The notes beneath the pieces are model-generated. The model was not told the origin of the DNA. It was given only the letters and a program-made list of their open reading frames with translations, and searched no databases. A stretch of DNA of 64,000 bases from Marsupella aquatica (Eukaryota > Plantae > Marchantiophyta). Positions 38,131 through 50,645 of the stretch are shown here, piece after piece (positions within the stretch are counted from its first letter, which is position 1; each line of letters begins with the position of its first letter). The translations under genes were made by a program, and so were the position numbers. The stretch is from assembly GCA_973895155.1 (NCBI GenBank), contig OZ316895.1, positions 8,668,184 through 8,732,183 on the forward strand, read 5' to 3'.

Positions 38131-40739
38131 TCCAATGTGGACACTACAGTAGTGCTTGAGCATACTAGTAAAGTGCTAGCTACTTTTCCCTTTAGCTTCT
38201 TAGCTTTTTTTAGGGTTGCACTTTTCTTTTTACTTGTTTGTTGTTTGTCCTCTTTTTCCCTCTTTTTCTTTCCTTTCATTGTATTTGTTTTCCCCTGATT
38301 TATAAAATTTGGTGGAAGTTTGAAAAAATAAGGGTGTGAGGATCCCAAAAAGAAAGTAAAGTACTGTAGCTTGTCTTGAAGTATTTATCTGCCCTCTCAA
38401 AATATTCAGATTCTGAGACGAACAATTCGTCATTCCTTGTAAGTTGCGATGAAGTATTTGGGACCACATCAAAGAAAAAACAAAAGAATTTTCCGTCACT
38501 TGGTAGCCGTGCCCTCTAGTCATGATTCACGGCCTTACAAAGTGTTGGCCCCACTTTTGAAGCCGTTCCCAGATGTCATTTTCTAATAGACAAGTGTTAA
38601 ATTCTAGGAGATTGTGAATTCCTTTCAATATAGTGGCGGACTTTAGGGCCTCTTTTGCTTTCCCTTCATTGTACTTTGCTTGGGCAGGCCATTGTTGCAG
38701 AAATAAACTTAACCTGCAAGGAGGACTTAAAACCAAAATCTAATTAGTACAAAGGATGCACCTTGTCTAATGCACATTGAAACATAAGTACAAAACAAAA
38801 ATTTGAATAGGACAAAAGACTGAGAGGGGAGTGAGCATCTCCATAAACACCATGATTTTAGTTAATTGAGTTTCAATATGTAGATCGAACTAGGGGCTCC
38901 AGTTCCCCACTCCCAGCTTAAGTTCTCATTTAAGATATGAAAAATTGAGCAGGCTGTAGTTTCGTTTGAGTGAGATAAGGACAAAATTCTCCAGTCTCCT
39001 TTGTAAGTCCACATTTCCTTATTTCTAGTCTACAATCCCAAACTTTACTACCATTAACGATCCTGCTCAGCCTTCCTGCTGAGCCTTCCTGCCCCATCCC
39101 TTTACTCTTCTTTCCCAGCTGCTCACTTGTCCCCTCACAACTTTCTTCCAAGTGTCAAGAACTTCTTTGTACTCCAATTGGGTTGTGTGATCGAGTCACT
39201 GTTAAAAACAAAAAGCGTGTTTGCAGACCCAAACCAAAGACTTCCTGCAAGCTTACCCCCCCCCCCCCCCCCCCCCCCCTACGTTGTGCTTGCTTTCAAA
39301 GACCTAGGCACTTTGCTTCTAGTATTATTGGTAGCACAAGCCAGGTGTGCGGTAACAGCACATCCCTCTGCTTAAATCGCTTCACGTACTCATACTTGGT
39401 ATTCTTCACTGTTCCGTCTTTGATTCGATCCCACGCCTTAAATCCCTGAACCCTGTCTGTACCTCAGTGACCTGCTGATCATTTCATCTCCTCCAAACAA
39501 TGATCCAAAAACGACCTTGATGCTCTTGATAGTCTTTCCAAGTAGCTCGTTTCTTTACTCATTTAACATGGCAGTACGAACCATCTTGCAGGTATCGTAT
39601 GAGATCCATTGCTGTATCTTCGAAGGCCTTGGGCCCGCTGGCAACAACGTGCATAGACGGTGCGGCCAAGCTGTTTAAATAAATACTTTCCACATCGCTG
39701 AGAAAACCAGCTTTGTAGTAGGACTTACTCCTCGATGAATGATCTCATTTTGGACATTCTCTTACTTGCCCAATATCAGTGGAGGGTTTTTCAATTATAT
39801 GTGAGTGTGAAACTAACACAACCATTGTCCCACGCATTTTCTTTCAATTGGGGTGGGTTCAATGTAGTGTTTGAAACTTGCAGTCCATCTACAAACGAAT
39901 CGCATTTTCTTCCTTAATTAGTTGAGATTAGTCTGCTGCAGTTTAGTCATGTTTCCTTTTAGTCGAGTGCCTTTTCAATGGATGCCACGACCCAAATTTG
40001 ACTTAAACTACCCTTCACAAAAAAAATGAGGTGCAGAACATACAATGTACTCATTACATTGAAGTAGAATTCATCTACCAGGTTTGAAACGTTAATTGTG
40101 AAGTCCATGTACAGTAACAGACCTCACCAGCGCAGCGACTTCTGTCTCAAACAATCGATAGAGCTCCACCATCTATCCACCCTTCAGCCTGGGGTCACTT
40201 CTTCAATACATGGAGCTTGGAAAATACTCGACTTATTCTCAAAGCTCCATCCTGCGAGACTTGTCATGTGTACCGCAATAATAGTATTCAATGCCGATTT
40301 TTTAATGTGGGCCCCTATCCTGTGCTTGGAAACGCACAGCATATTCCTTCTGCTGATCCGGCAAACTTTAGTTTCTTTCTCAATGGCTAAAAAATTAGAC
40401 TAACCTCCTCCCTATGTTCCACTTTTGAGGTGGAAAACTGTACATTTCTCTATTTAGAAGAATCAGAAAATTTTCACGTTTGAGCTGAGATTTGCAAACC
40501 GTAAGTTGACTACAACATACAGCTACCTGTTTAGCTGAGCGCAAACCCAGAGACAATCTAGACTAATGTATTTCTCGAGTCCAAGGAGTTCATCCCAAAC
40601 TGTTTCGAGAGTTTACAACATTTGTATGAAGATATATCCTGATATGGACAGGAGAATAAAATAACATGTCCCTACATTACAACTGAGGATAACACATGAA
40701 TACTACATCCCTTCCACATCTAAACTTTGTCGGTCAGTC

Positions 40740-43700
40740 TCAAATTCTACACTCAGGATGAACATCAAAATCACATCCTTCACAACGATAAATCCAACCA
40801 TCCCACCCTCTGTATACCCATCCTTGCCCATCACAATCAAGGGCGTCACAAATAAAAGATGGATGGGGATTTTGGGTGAGCATCAACCGGTGAGGGTGCC
40901 CTGCAAATATCACTGCTTTTGGCCTAGAAGACTTCTCCTCTATGCGATGTTTGTGCAGGTCCAAGAGAGAATTCCAGTGCCAGGGTGAATAGTCAGAATC
41001 TGTCAAGTCCAACAAGGTTGCAAACCGATGCTCTGAAACACAGCATTCTGGATGTACATTGTATCCACATTTGCGGCATTGATAGCCCAATCCTTGATCG
41101 GTGGCCTCACAAACGGCACACGCAAACCAGTATGGATCTGTCATCAGGATAAGCTCATGAAGGTGCCCAGAGAAAACGATCACGTCTGGAAGGGTTGGCA
41201 ATTCCTGAACGCCTATTGTTGACGAGCTTGCTTCTGATGAGAGCACTTGATAATCCGACTCTTGACATGGACTGATAACCACAGAGTCAACAAATAAACC
41301 CCGTTTCCAACTACCATTCACCTCGGTCAAGGAGAAGGTCAGCTCTACAGGTTTTCGCTTGTTTTTAACAATGAAAGTTCCCACTTCATACTCTTTCCAG
41401 CCATCCGTAAACTCTTCTAGAGAGCCATTTTGAAATATAGAAGTCTTCAAATCAGCTGTGTCTGATTTTCCGGACCCTTCAACCAAGAAGCATGACCGCT
41501 TAGTGTGCTGCCGATCACTTGTAGATAGTTTGAATATGACCGGATCAGACTCCCAACCACTTCGCTTGTCGTCACTGTCCAAGCAAGCCAATTGCAACCT
41601 CCAAGTTATTGTATACTTTCCTGGTCTCAATGTGAGAAGACTAAGTTGGCCTTGCACTTCTAACCAATACACATCGACAACATAAGCAACTTCGTTGGAC
41701 CTGCATCACGCAAGCCAGAAAACAACCACAAGATCTCAGTAGGATACCATGCATCTGCATAATTGTCAGTCTGTCATCATTGAGAAGCTACATGAAAACT
41801 CTTCATGAAGTTTGCTTGAAGCTACATACCTGGAGCCTTTGCGTTCCACCCATTTCCAATAACGTTCATCATTTCCCCACGTTATAGACAGGGACCTTGC
41901 TGACAGGCATTGGGATGTTGCTAGACCTTGGGCTGACGTTGATGGTACACTGATGCTTCGGGTTATAATATCGCTGTACTGTCCAGGTGCGTCCTGAAGG
42001 CTGCCAGAGACTTCTAAAGTTGGGGTATGAACAGCCGGATAACTTGAGACTTCTGCTGTTTTATTCAGCTCTTGATGTGATCCCTGCACAGATAAAATAT
42101 ATGTCTTGTCAGGTCATGGTTCTTTTCTATAAGGTCAATGCTTGTTTAGTCAAATTTGGAGCCTTAAATAACGAGCCTTGGTGAGTGGACATTTCCAGTT
42201 GCATTGCAATTTCAGATTTTATGCCCGTGATGCTAGAACAATCGAGAGAAATAGTTTCTACATGAAGAAATGACAATATTACAATACCTATTGAGACTAA
42301 GAGTTTTCTACCGCACTTCAAAAACAATACATATTCTGAGAAAATTGACATGAGTCTACAGATTCACTCAATTACCAAAATGCAACTACCAGCTTCAGCA
42401 GAGTAGAACTTGTCGGGGACTGACTACCACAATATTTGACCCTTCCACTCTGCTCATGACCAGAAGGCGGGGCATAAACGATTACCAATTTTAGACCTTC
42501 GAGAACGAATTTAGTGTACTAGCTAGACAATGCAGTCAACCTTGATCATTGAAGAAAGCTGATACTAAGGAGTAGCGTTTGTTTTGAATGTCAATTAGTG
42601 AAGAAGCTTAGGGGTCTCTTCACGTGGAAATATCTTACAGAGGTGACCGCATTGAAGATAGAAGACATGGAACATGCAAAGACATTTATTTTTGTAACGA
42701 TTGAAGAGGGTCAAATACAGTAAAGAGAGGTTTGAGAAGGCCGTCATAAGCAAGGTCAAATTCGATGACTTTCCTCGTCCAACTCAAATTTGGAGGTATT
42801 CCAGACAAGAAGTTCAGCTCAACATGTGTTATTTACATACTCCGCATGAAAACAAAGGGACATGATTTAAGAGTTTGAAAGAGCCTTGGTCGACTCACAT
42901 TCGTAGTAATACCCAGGTTGACCTGTAAGTTCGCAAGATTTAGGAGCGACAGAATTTTCTGAATCTCGCCTTCCAGTTCCTTCAATTTCCTGGGAACACT
43001 CTTCATCATGGCAGATATCGTACTTGTGGTCTCGCACTTTTGAATGAGGACGTAAGCCTTAACCAAATTTTTATGAAGCATGGCCAGTGCATCTTGCACA
43101 GCAGGAAGTTCAACAACTTGTGGTGATCGTTGAATAGGTTCAAGTAAATTATCTGCCAAACCAACCCAAAACTGTTAGCAAAGTGAAACAGACCTTCCAG
43201 TGTTCCAAGCTCGACCTCCTTGCAAATCACGCTACTGACACGTCTTCAGTAAACAAATAGATAGATACGGGCCAGCCACCCAAATTAACAAAGTCAGCAA
43301 CTGCTCAAATTATACACCTTCTCCAACATACCCACGATCAAGGACTACCAACACTTAGTTCATGTAAATTCTTACTGAAGCTGGAATTATAGATGACAAT
43401 AAGCAATTTGCATAAATCCAAATGCTCTTTCATAGTATGAGCTGGTATTTAAAACACTAACATAGGACAGTCGACATTGAGAAAATTCTTCCTCAAAATT
43501 GTCCCAGGCAGGTAATGGGTTTAGGGCAAAACCGTCGGGAGTGTCAGCACCATCTGAAAAAAACCCATCAGGGGGATTGAAAGTAAATTTAGCTGGGAGA
43601 ATAGGAGATTGAGAGAGAGTGACTTTGTTTAGGTAGGGCGAAGAAAACAATGTATAGCAGAGAATATGGGTTTGGATTCGAAACCCCTGTAGATTTAAGA

Positions 43701-43973
43701 CAGTAACTAGGGGAGAATTTAAGAATTCTTTGTAAGCTGAGCAACATCCATCTTTTCCAACATGGTCTTTTACTAGCCGGTTTCCAAGTCAGCTATTCGA
43801 TCTTCTCAAAACAGAGAACAAGTGAGGGGAGGTTAAATAGTTGTTATCGTACTGATAATGGTGACATAGGCCGCGAACTCCGTGCAGGTCTCGCGATGCA
43901 CCTTCGCGTTTCTTGCCACGGTGTAGAACATTTTCATAAGTCTAAAAGCATCCATAGGACTTCCACCCGACAT
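40740..43973 (-). CDS. Chimeric protein: MCAfunc/MLKL-like four-helix bundle + PP2 (Nictaba-like) lectin + 2 DC1 (C1_2) zinc fingers; 4 exons, ~529 aa
   Basis: Exons 43853-43973 (ATG; phase 1 A|GTACG), 42899-43152 (GCAG|AT; AAT|GTGAGT), 41830-42083 (GCAG|GGA; AG|GTATGT) and 40740-41700 (GCAG|G) sum to 1590 nt in frame. N-terminus DAFRLMKMFYTVARNAKVHRETCTEFAAYVTIINNLLE...KAYVLIQKC...EIQKILSLL. PP2 motifs LSARSLSITWGNDERYWKW, WLEVQG, GWKEYEVGTF, WKRGLFVDSV. DC1 motifs HLHEL..CAVC..YQCRKCGYNVHPEC and HPHRL..YRCEGCDFDVHPEC. Confidence 0.85.
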
Positions 43974-45979
43974 CGTTACTCGTGCCCTGCTTTATCCCGA
44001 GCTCCGCCGTGTTTCCCCTCCTTCCCAGCTTCGTCCACTCCTGACTTTCTGTCTTGTCAAACCTCCTAGTAATAAGATTGCTCTTCCTTTAGAACCAGAG
44101 GGTCTGTGAATCTCACGTACTACTCAAAGTGCTCGCAACGACTGTCAGTCACATGCAAACCCAGCCAAAGATCTGAACTTTGAGTGAAGGACCCTAGATC
44201 TCATGCTGTCCGACGCAATAATTCTCCTTAATCTTCAAGCATGAGCTCCACGGCCATGAGAATTCTCCCCAGATCGATTTGACTCTACAGAGAAAAAACA
44301 TGCTGCCGCTTTAGTTGGACGCATAACAAAGAAGAATGTCCGCTTCAGATTGAGAAATCCGCTTTGATATGACAATCAAACTAATTCGAACATCCCCATC
44401 CGCCCACTGAACCTGCAGTGGTAGCGCAATCACATAGGGCATCTCAGCAGAATCTTACAATCTCATAAACAAGACAGACGGCCAGGCAAGCAGTAAGGCC
44501 ACAGGCATTCCGTGCGCTGTAGACCCATCCTCCAAAACGCGGAATGAACACAATGTGATTATTTATCGACAGCGACACTAGTGCCCTGCAATCGAACATT
44601 CCGTGTGTAGGAGTACTTCCTCGCAACAATCAAATAGTCACCCAGCCCCACCGAGGGAAAGAAAAGGGGGGGAGGTGAAAGGCTGGAAGCAAGGTAGAGA
44701 TTGGTGACACCACCTTCGCCTCTTCGTTTGTGGTTTCGCCAGCAGGCAGCACACTAAAGTGCCTTCGCACCGGGTCTCATATAGCAGCGACAGCTATAGA
44801 ATGTGCTATCGACAGCCGGGCGATCTGGGCCGCTGACTGTCATCTGGCCTGACACTTTACTTGGGTGCAGATGGGAAAGATACCAGAATCTGTAAGGGTC
44901 CCATGATCAAAGTTCGTGCCTCAGTTAGCTCCGGTAGGATCTACTACATGTGTAGTTTTCAAATGAGTATAAAGTGCAGTACCTCCGAAGAATGATGCCC
45001 TCGTTTTACTCTTCTCTTTTGCTATCTGCCTTCTTTCTGTGGTTCCTTCATTGCCTCCTCACCATTATGACAGATTGTGGATCCCACAAGGAAATCTTCC
45101 TAACTCTTTTTTTCCTTCTCTCCCTCTTTAAAGCTTTGGGTGTAATACGGGTGCTTTTTTTTCAATTCTGGCTACGCAGTAAATTGCAGCTGTTTTGTTC
45201 GTTCCAGATTTTGGTTGCCCGGTCCGGACTTTTCTTTCTTGGTGGGATTTCTTTATTTCGAGCTATTGCCTGCAACTTCGAGGACCTCAGTGCTGCTATC
45301 CCTTCGCCATTCTCAACTGTTTGCTTACCAAGACGTTAATGAGCAGTAATCCATGATTTCTTGCTCCCGTTTTGGGTGTCATTAGTGTTTCTTTCGTTGC
45401 CTTCGCCGTTCTGCACTCCATCCCTCTCCTTACACGTTAATGAACAGTTCATCTTTCATTCCTTGCGTTCTTTTCGGTGTCTCGTCTCGCATTCCCGTGT
45501 TTCGCATTTGGGATAGTTCCTTTCTCAGCGCTGCGCAGGCCAAGGCGACGCATCATGTCTCATCATTGCTGTGGATTATTGGACTGATTGATTAAGAAGA
45601 AAATGACATGAAGCGAACACGCCGAGTCTTCTACTTTATGGAGACTGTACAGTGAAAACATGCTGTCTTTCGATCTGCCCTCGACTCGTGGTGAAGCAGA
45701 GACGTTCGTCTCTGCTTTCGACATGGCTTTCGTTCCGGTTTGCCTCTGGCCACAGTGTTGTTTCTCACGCGGAGCGTTTGGCTTTGGCTGCCGACGTCGG
45801 TCGGTGATTTCGGCAGAATGATCGACAGAACAACTGTGTCTTGATTTGTTATTTAAGGTTTTGCTTTTTCTACAAGGTGGCAAATGTGAAGTACTGTGAA
45901 GGAGACGAAGCTCTTGTCTTAGTTTTGCTGCACTAATATGTGACCGGCTAGATTTCCCTAGGTGTAAGGAGAACAGTCA

Positions 45980-47025
45980 GATTTTGGCTATTGGAGTCTG
46001 TGGCTAGTTGGGAAAATTTTGGCTATTGGGGTCTGTGGGGGGCTAGTTGGGAAAATTTTGCGTATTGGGGTCTGTGGCTAGTTAGGGGAAATTTTTGGCC
46101 AATGGGTCTATGGCCTACTGTCTTCCCCCGAACACAACCCCCGGGCGTTGTGTTCGAATATGATTTTTTTTGGGCCCTAAAAATAAAAGTGGTTTTTATT
46201 CAAACATAGCGTCGGATTAACACAACGCCCGGGCGCTGTGTTTGAGTTTGGCGTTGTGTTCAAAGTTAGTGCAGCTTTGGTGTTGTGTTTGAAGTTGGCA
46301 CATACTTTCAAAGTTGGCGCAGCACAGTGTTGGCGTTGGCTGTATGTGAGATCATATTTTGGTAGGTAATGTACATTTGAAACTGAACAAATGAAGTAGG
46401 CAGTCCATAGGTTTTGCAGCATGTAGCAACAATTTATCAAGCAAAAGCTCAGAACACATAGTAGACAACTTGTCCAAGTCTCCTTGGTTATGGTATTTTA
46501 TTGTGCTGTTAGACATTTTTTATTGTTTGAGGCAACCAAACAATTGTATTATGGTATGACATGCACTAAGTTGACAATAGTGATGTTTTGGAACAAATTT
46601 TAGAATATTGTTGATTGTCACAAATTTATGGTACTTGTGATTTGCAAGGTCTGTTCTCTTAGCTTCCCTTGTGTAATCCCAGTGTTTGAATTACCTACAC
46701 ATTCCCAAACACTTTATTTAAGACTTCAGTTAGTGCTTACACAATACATTAATCTCCTACCCTTGTACACAAAGGCCTATACTCAAACACAACGTCAAAC
46801 TCAAACACAATGCTATTTTTGAACACAACACCATTTTCGAACACAGCGCCACTAGTGAAAAAAATCCAAAACCATGTCAAAAAATTTGAACACAACGCTA
46901 GGGCGCACTATTCAAATATAGCGCCCCCTGTCCCACTATTCGAATATAGCGCCTGGGCGTTGTGTTCGGGGGAAGACGGTAGTTGGGAAAATTTTGGCTA
47001 ATGCGTCTGTGGCTAGTTGGGAAAC
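45980..47025. repeat. ~34-bp minisatellite (TTTTGGCTATTGGGGTCTGTGGCTAGTTGGGAAAA) interrupted by a MITE
   Basis: About 4 units at 45980-46117, resuming at 46980-47025. Confidence 0.85.
46118..46979. mobile_element. Non-autonomous Tc1/mariner-superfamily (pogo-like) MITE, 862 bp, TA target duplication
   Basis: TA|CTGTCTTCCCCCGAACACAACCCCCGGGCG...TTCGAATA on the left and TATTCGAA...GGGCGTTGTGTTCGGGGGAAGACGG|TA on the right (~44-bp imperfect TIRs). Subterminal AACACAAC/GTTGTGTT repeats, AT-rich core, no transposase ORF. Confidence 0.85.
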
Positions 47026-49296
47026 TAGATAATAAAGGACGACACAAAACCTGGGCCAATTTGGCCAAAACTTTTCAGTGAGGTTAAACCAAGTGAAAAT
47101 TTGTAACTAGATACTGCATTTGTGACAAGGTGAGTAATGAGGGCACTGGAAGTAGGATATTCGCCGTGGGCAGCACTTGGAAACAATCTGCACCCAAAGT
47201 TCCATTCTCATGAGCGAAGGTCATCGAAGCAGGAGATCAAGACCAGCACAATGATGATGGAATGGCCATCCACATATTTTAGATTGGCGCACCGATCCAA
47301 TGATCGAATTGGATAGCAAGGATGTTAGTGCACTCCAAGCTGGTATGCATAGAAGAAAATCTGGCAGGCCAGGGCGTGTTTCAAAACAGAGTGAAACGGG
47401 ATGGCAGGAGTATTAGCGGAACAATGCCAAAATTGCCATTCTCACCCCCAATCAGTCCATTTAGCCATAGATTTATTGGACCCTTGTGAAATCTCTTAAT
47501 TACCCAAATTCATAATGTATAACCCAAATCTCTTAATTACCCAAATGTATAACTTTCCGCTGTAAAGAATGATCATATGCAATGACAGGAAGGCACAGTA
47601 GCTGCTAGTGACAAAAACATTCAAAAACATACAACTTTTACACAACAACAGTAGAAAAAGTTATGGCCATTTCTGTACGGCAACAAGCAATGACCCCTAA
47701 CTATGAAACTTTGAAAAGCCCTAATGGGCGTTTGAGCTGTTGGCCTGGGGGCTTGCCATAGATTTCATGCAATTCAACAGTTTGACCAACATTTTGGTGT
47801 ATCAAAATGACTTGAGGCCTTACCCCAGTTTCCATTCAATTATGAACATCGTTCACAAACATGAGTAAGTGGTATATGCAAGGGGTGATGCACCCGGGCG
47901 CGGGGGCTCCCCGTTCATTTCGATGGAAGTGACATATCAGGTGCAATGAAATATAGGACCATTTAATTGGTTTTGACAATATTAAGTTGTCAATGGAAAC
48001 ATACAGTTATTTAATTTAAAAATGCATATGTGTCAATCACATGATTGGTGTTATACAAATTTATATAAAGTGACTTAGAGGGGTTATAAATGACCCAAAA
48101 AAGTTCACATAATGTATAGCCTTCCATATAGTGACCCTCCCTGAGGTGTGATGGTCCATCCAAATTTTGTTGACAAAGGTGGTTCTGAACAACCTTGACA
48201 AATTAAACACACTTCAACAATTGGACATAGTTACCGTTCATAACTCATAGTCCAAATTGGAAGTTTAAACTTCTTGCTTCAAAAAACATTCTTATTCATT
48301 TGAAGGAATGCTTTCCTCACACCAAGAAGTAAACTCGATCTAATACAACAGGCAGTTTTAGAGCACTCCCATTGGTCTACCAAACAGAGTGGCCGGGAGC
48401 ATATATCATGGGACCCTCAATCACAAATGCAGCAGCCTGGCCCCAGTCACCCTTTTCCACTCCGTGCCAACACTCCTACTGGGACTCTTACACTCAACCA
48501 GCAGGCATGATGACGATACTGAAGTAACAGCCATCAACCCTATGGCTGCAGCTACATGGTAGCGCAATTTTGAATGTGTACATTGCTTTCAAATGAGAAT
48601 ACCAGACACTGGGGGTTGCTCTTGAGGTAGGATTTAACCCAGGAGCCTGCATGCCTTTTCTTCTTGCCACACCTTCAAATCTTGGGGTGATTTTTTGTGC
48701 ACCAGTATGCTCTTACGCAAACCATGACCAGACTCATCCTAGTACTTTACAAATGGGAATTTGCAAACGTTAGGTTGCAGACTCAAACTAACAGGTCTCC
48801 AAGTGTATGGTTGCATATATTTCCACTTTAAGACCCTGCCAAGAATACTGTGTTCAAGCTCTCAGTCTTGTGGCTACATTAGAATCCTTGAGTTTGTGGT
48901 TTCAGGATTTAGTGAGGTTAGGGGTTTAACTATGGTGGGTCGTGAGTGCTCTAGTGTTCTTATTTAAGGTCCCTGTAGATCATCACACCAACCTCAGCCT
49001 CACAATTGAAGTGCTTGTGAAAACATCCTCATCTCCAGAAGTACTCCTACCAAAGTTGCTACATGCTTTCTTGATGTTTTCAATCGTTCCATGGGTAGGA
49101 ACTGGATGTGAGGGTCCGTCACTCCCCTCAGCCCCCCCATTGGGGGGGGGAGCCTGGTTGCATGGCAAACCTGGGTACCCACTGGTGCTTCAAATCACAA
49201 CCAGATCTGACTTTCCACCATTCTGCCCCACTTGAACCATATCACAGGTAGCTGGGTTCCTTCATTAAATTTTTTTTGGTCACAAAATCATTCTTT

Positions 49297-49565
49297 GCAG
49301 CGGCTAGCCCCCCTAGAGTGCATTCCCATCCCACTTGCCGATTTAGTTTCGACACTTGATGTGGACCATTAGCTTTTTGCCACATTTTCTAGAAATGATG
49401 AGGACCTCTGTCCGTTTGCATTAGTTTTAGTTACTCTTTCTTGGTTTTGTAGGGGTTTCCTATTGCTCACTTCTTTTGCGTTTGGTTTTATCCCCTTGGG
49501 ACCTCTTTTGTTTGTTCTTTTGTACTCTGTTTGGCCTTTTCTGTAAAAAGTTTGTATTTTTTCTA
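49297..49565 (+). mobile_element. Short 5'-truncated copy (ORF end + 3'UTR) of the CRE-like retrotransposon
   Basis: GCAGCGGCTAGCCCCCCTAGAG...CCCACTTGCCGAT.TAGTTTCGACACTTGATGT.GACCA.TAGC...GATGAGGACCTC...TTGGCCTTTT matches about 55001-55315. Confidence 0.93.
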
Positions 49566-50645
49566 TTCAGTTAAAATATTGAAATTCTCCTTGGAGGAGA
49601 CTTTTCCTACCAAGGTAGCTACCTCATTAGGGGTCTTTAGGGGGATAGTGAGGGAGAGAGAGGGGTTGAACTCTGAAGCAACCCACTTAGCCCAATTTAG
49701 GGTGTGTGAGGGTGAGTACAGGACCCCTTGAGTGGTATAAGGGAGACAAATTGCAACCCCAGTGTTTTTGGTCTCATCCATTCCTTTACCCAAGTGGGAG
49801 TCAGAGACTGCCACTGGGAGTGACTGTGGTCAGACAGGTGCACTCCAGCACCTGTCATTGTGCTCATTTTCAGAATGATCAGACTAGTCCACGCAAGCAT
49901 GCTGTCAATTGTTATTCTCTGCTACTTAGCCCTGGCTTCAGTTTTCTTAAAAATTAATTCTTACTACTCCAGAAAAATCCAAATGGAAATCCAAATTGTT
50001 CCCTGGATCCAATTCTTATGGAATTCCAAATGATTCCCTGGATCCCAAATTCTCATTGAAATCCAAATATCAGGGTGAAAATCTTATAATTTAATGTTTG
50101 AAGACTGGAGGGGATAAACTCCTCTCCATCTAGATCCTTCGGAAGCTCAGATGGGAGCTCAAAATGCCGTTTGTATAAAAGTCAAGATTTTGAACCCTGA
50201 AATAATAGATATCATCCTAGTTAAAATGTATGCTCCCATGCTAGGTAAGGAATCCTATCGAAGGAAAGATTTGGGATGAAATTCTGGTGGAGATCCCATA
50301 ATCCAAGTGTGAATACTGCTACAGTTTCACAAAAGAGTCCTAAAAGTGCATTCTTAAGGAAGGTTGGGGCCACGCCTTCCAGAATGATCCACTTTTATCA
50401 GCTCCAATCGTTTGGTACAATTCATGACATACTTATCTTGCCAGCTCCAATCCCATTTCTTTGATAAATGGAGAATTTCATTGCAACTAAAAAATCCAAA
50501 AGGGAATCCCTCCAAACCAGAAAAAAACCCCAAAGAGAAGAAAGGCAGCAAAAGATAGTGATCGATCAACATCTTTTGTTTTGTCGGCAATAGTCAAATA
50601 TTCCTCAAGTACTTCCCTTGCAAAGTTTATGCCTTTTAGTGTGTG

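Noticed and set aside
39560-40370. Possible eroded kinase exons downstream of the chimeric gene on the minus strand (LPDQQKEYAV, LFETEVAAL, EIIHRG)
   Set aside because: Motifs are short, interrupted by several stops and not fully in canonical order, so they cannot be supported by eye. A TBLASTN/HMMER search with Pkinase would decide it.
47100-49240. Coding-like decayed sequence, possibly an old transposon
   Set aside because: No continuous ORF or diagnostic motif could be identified.
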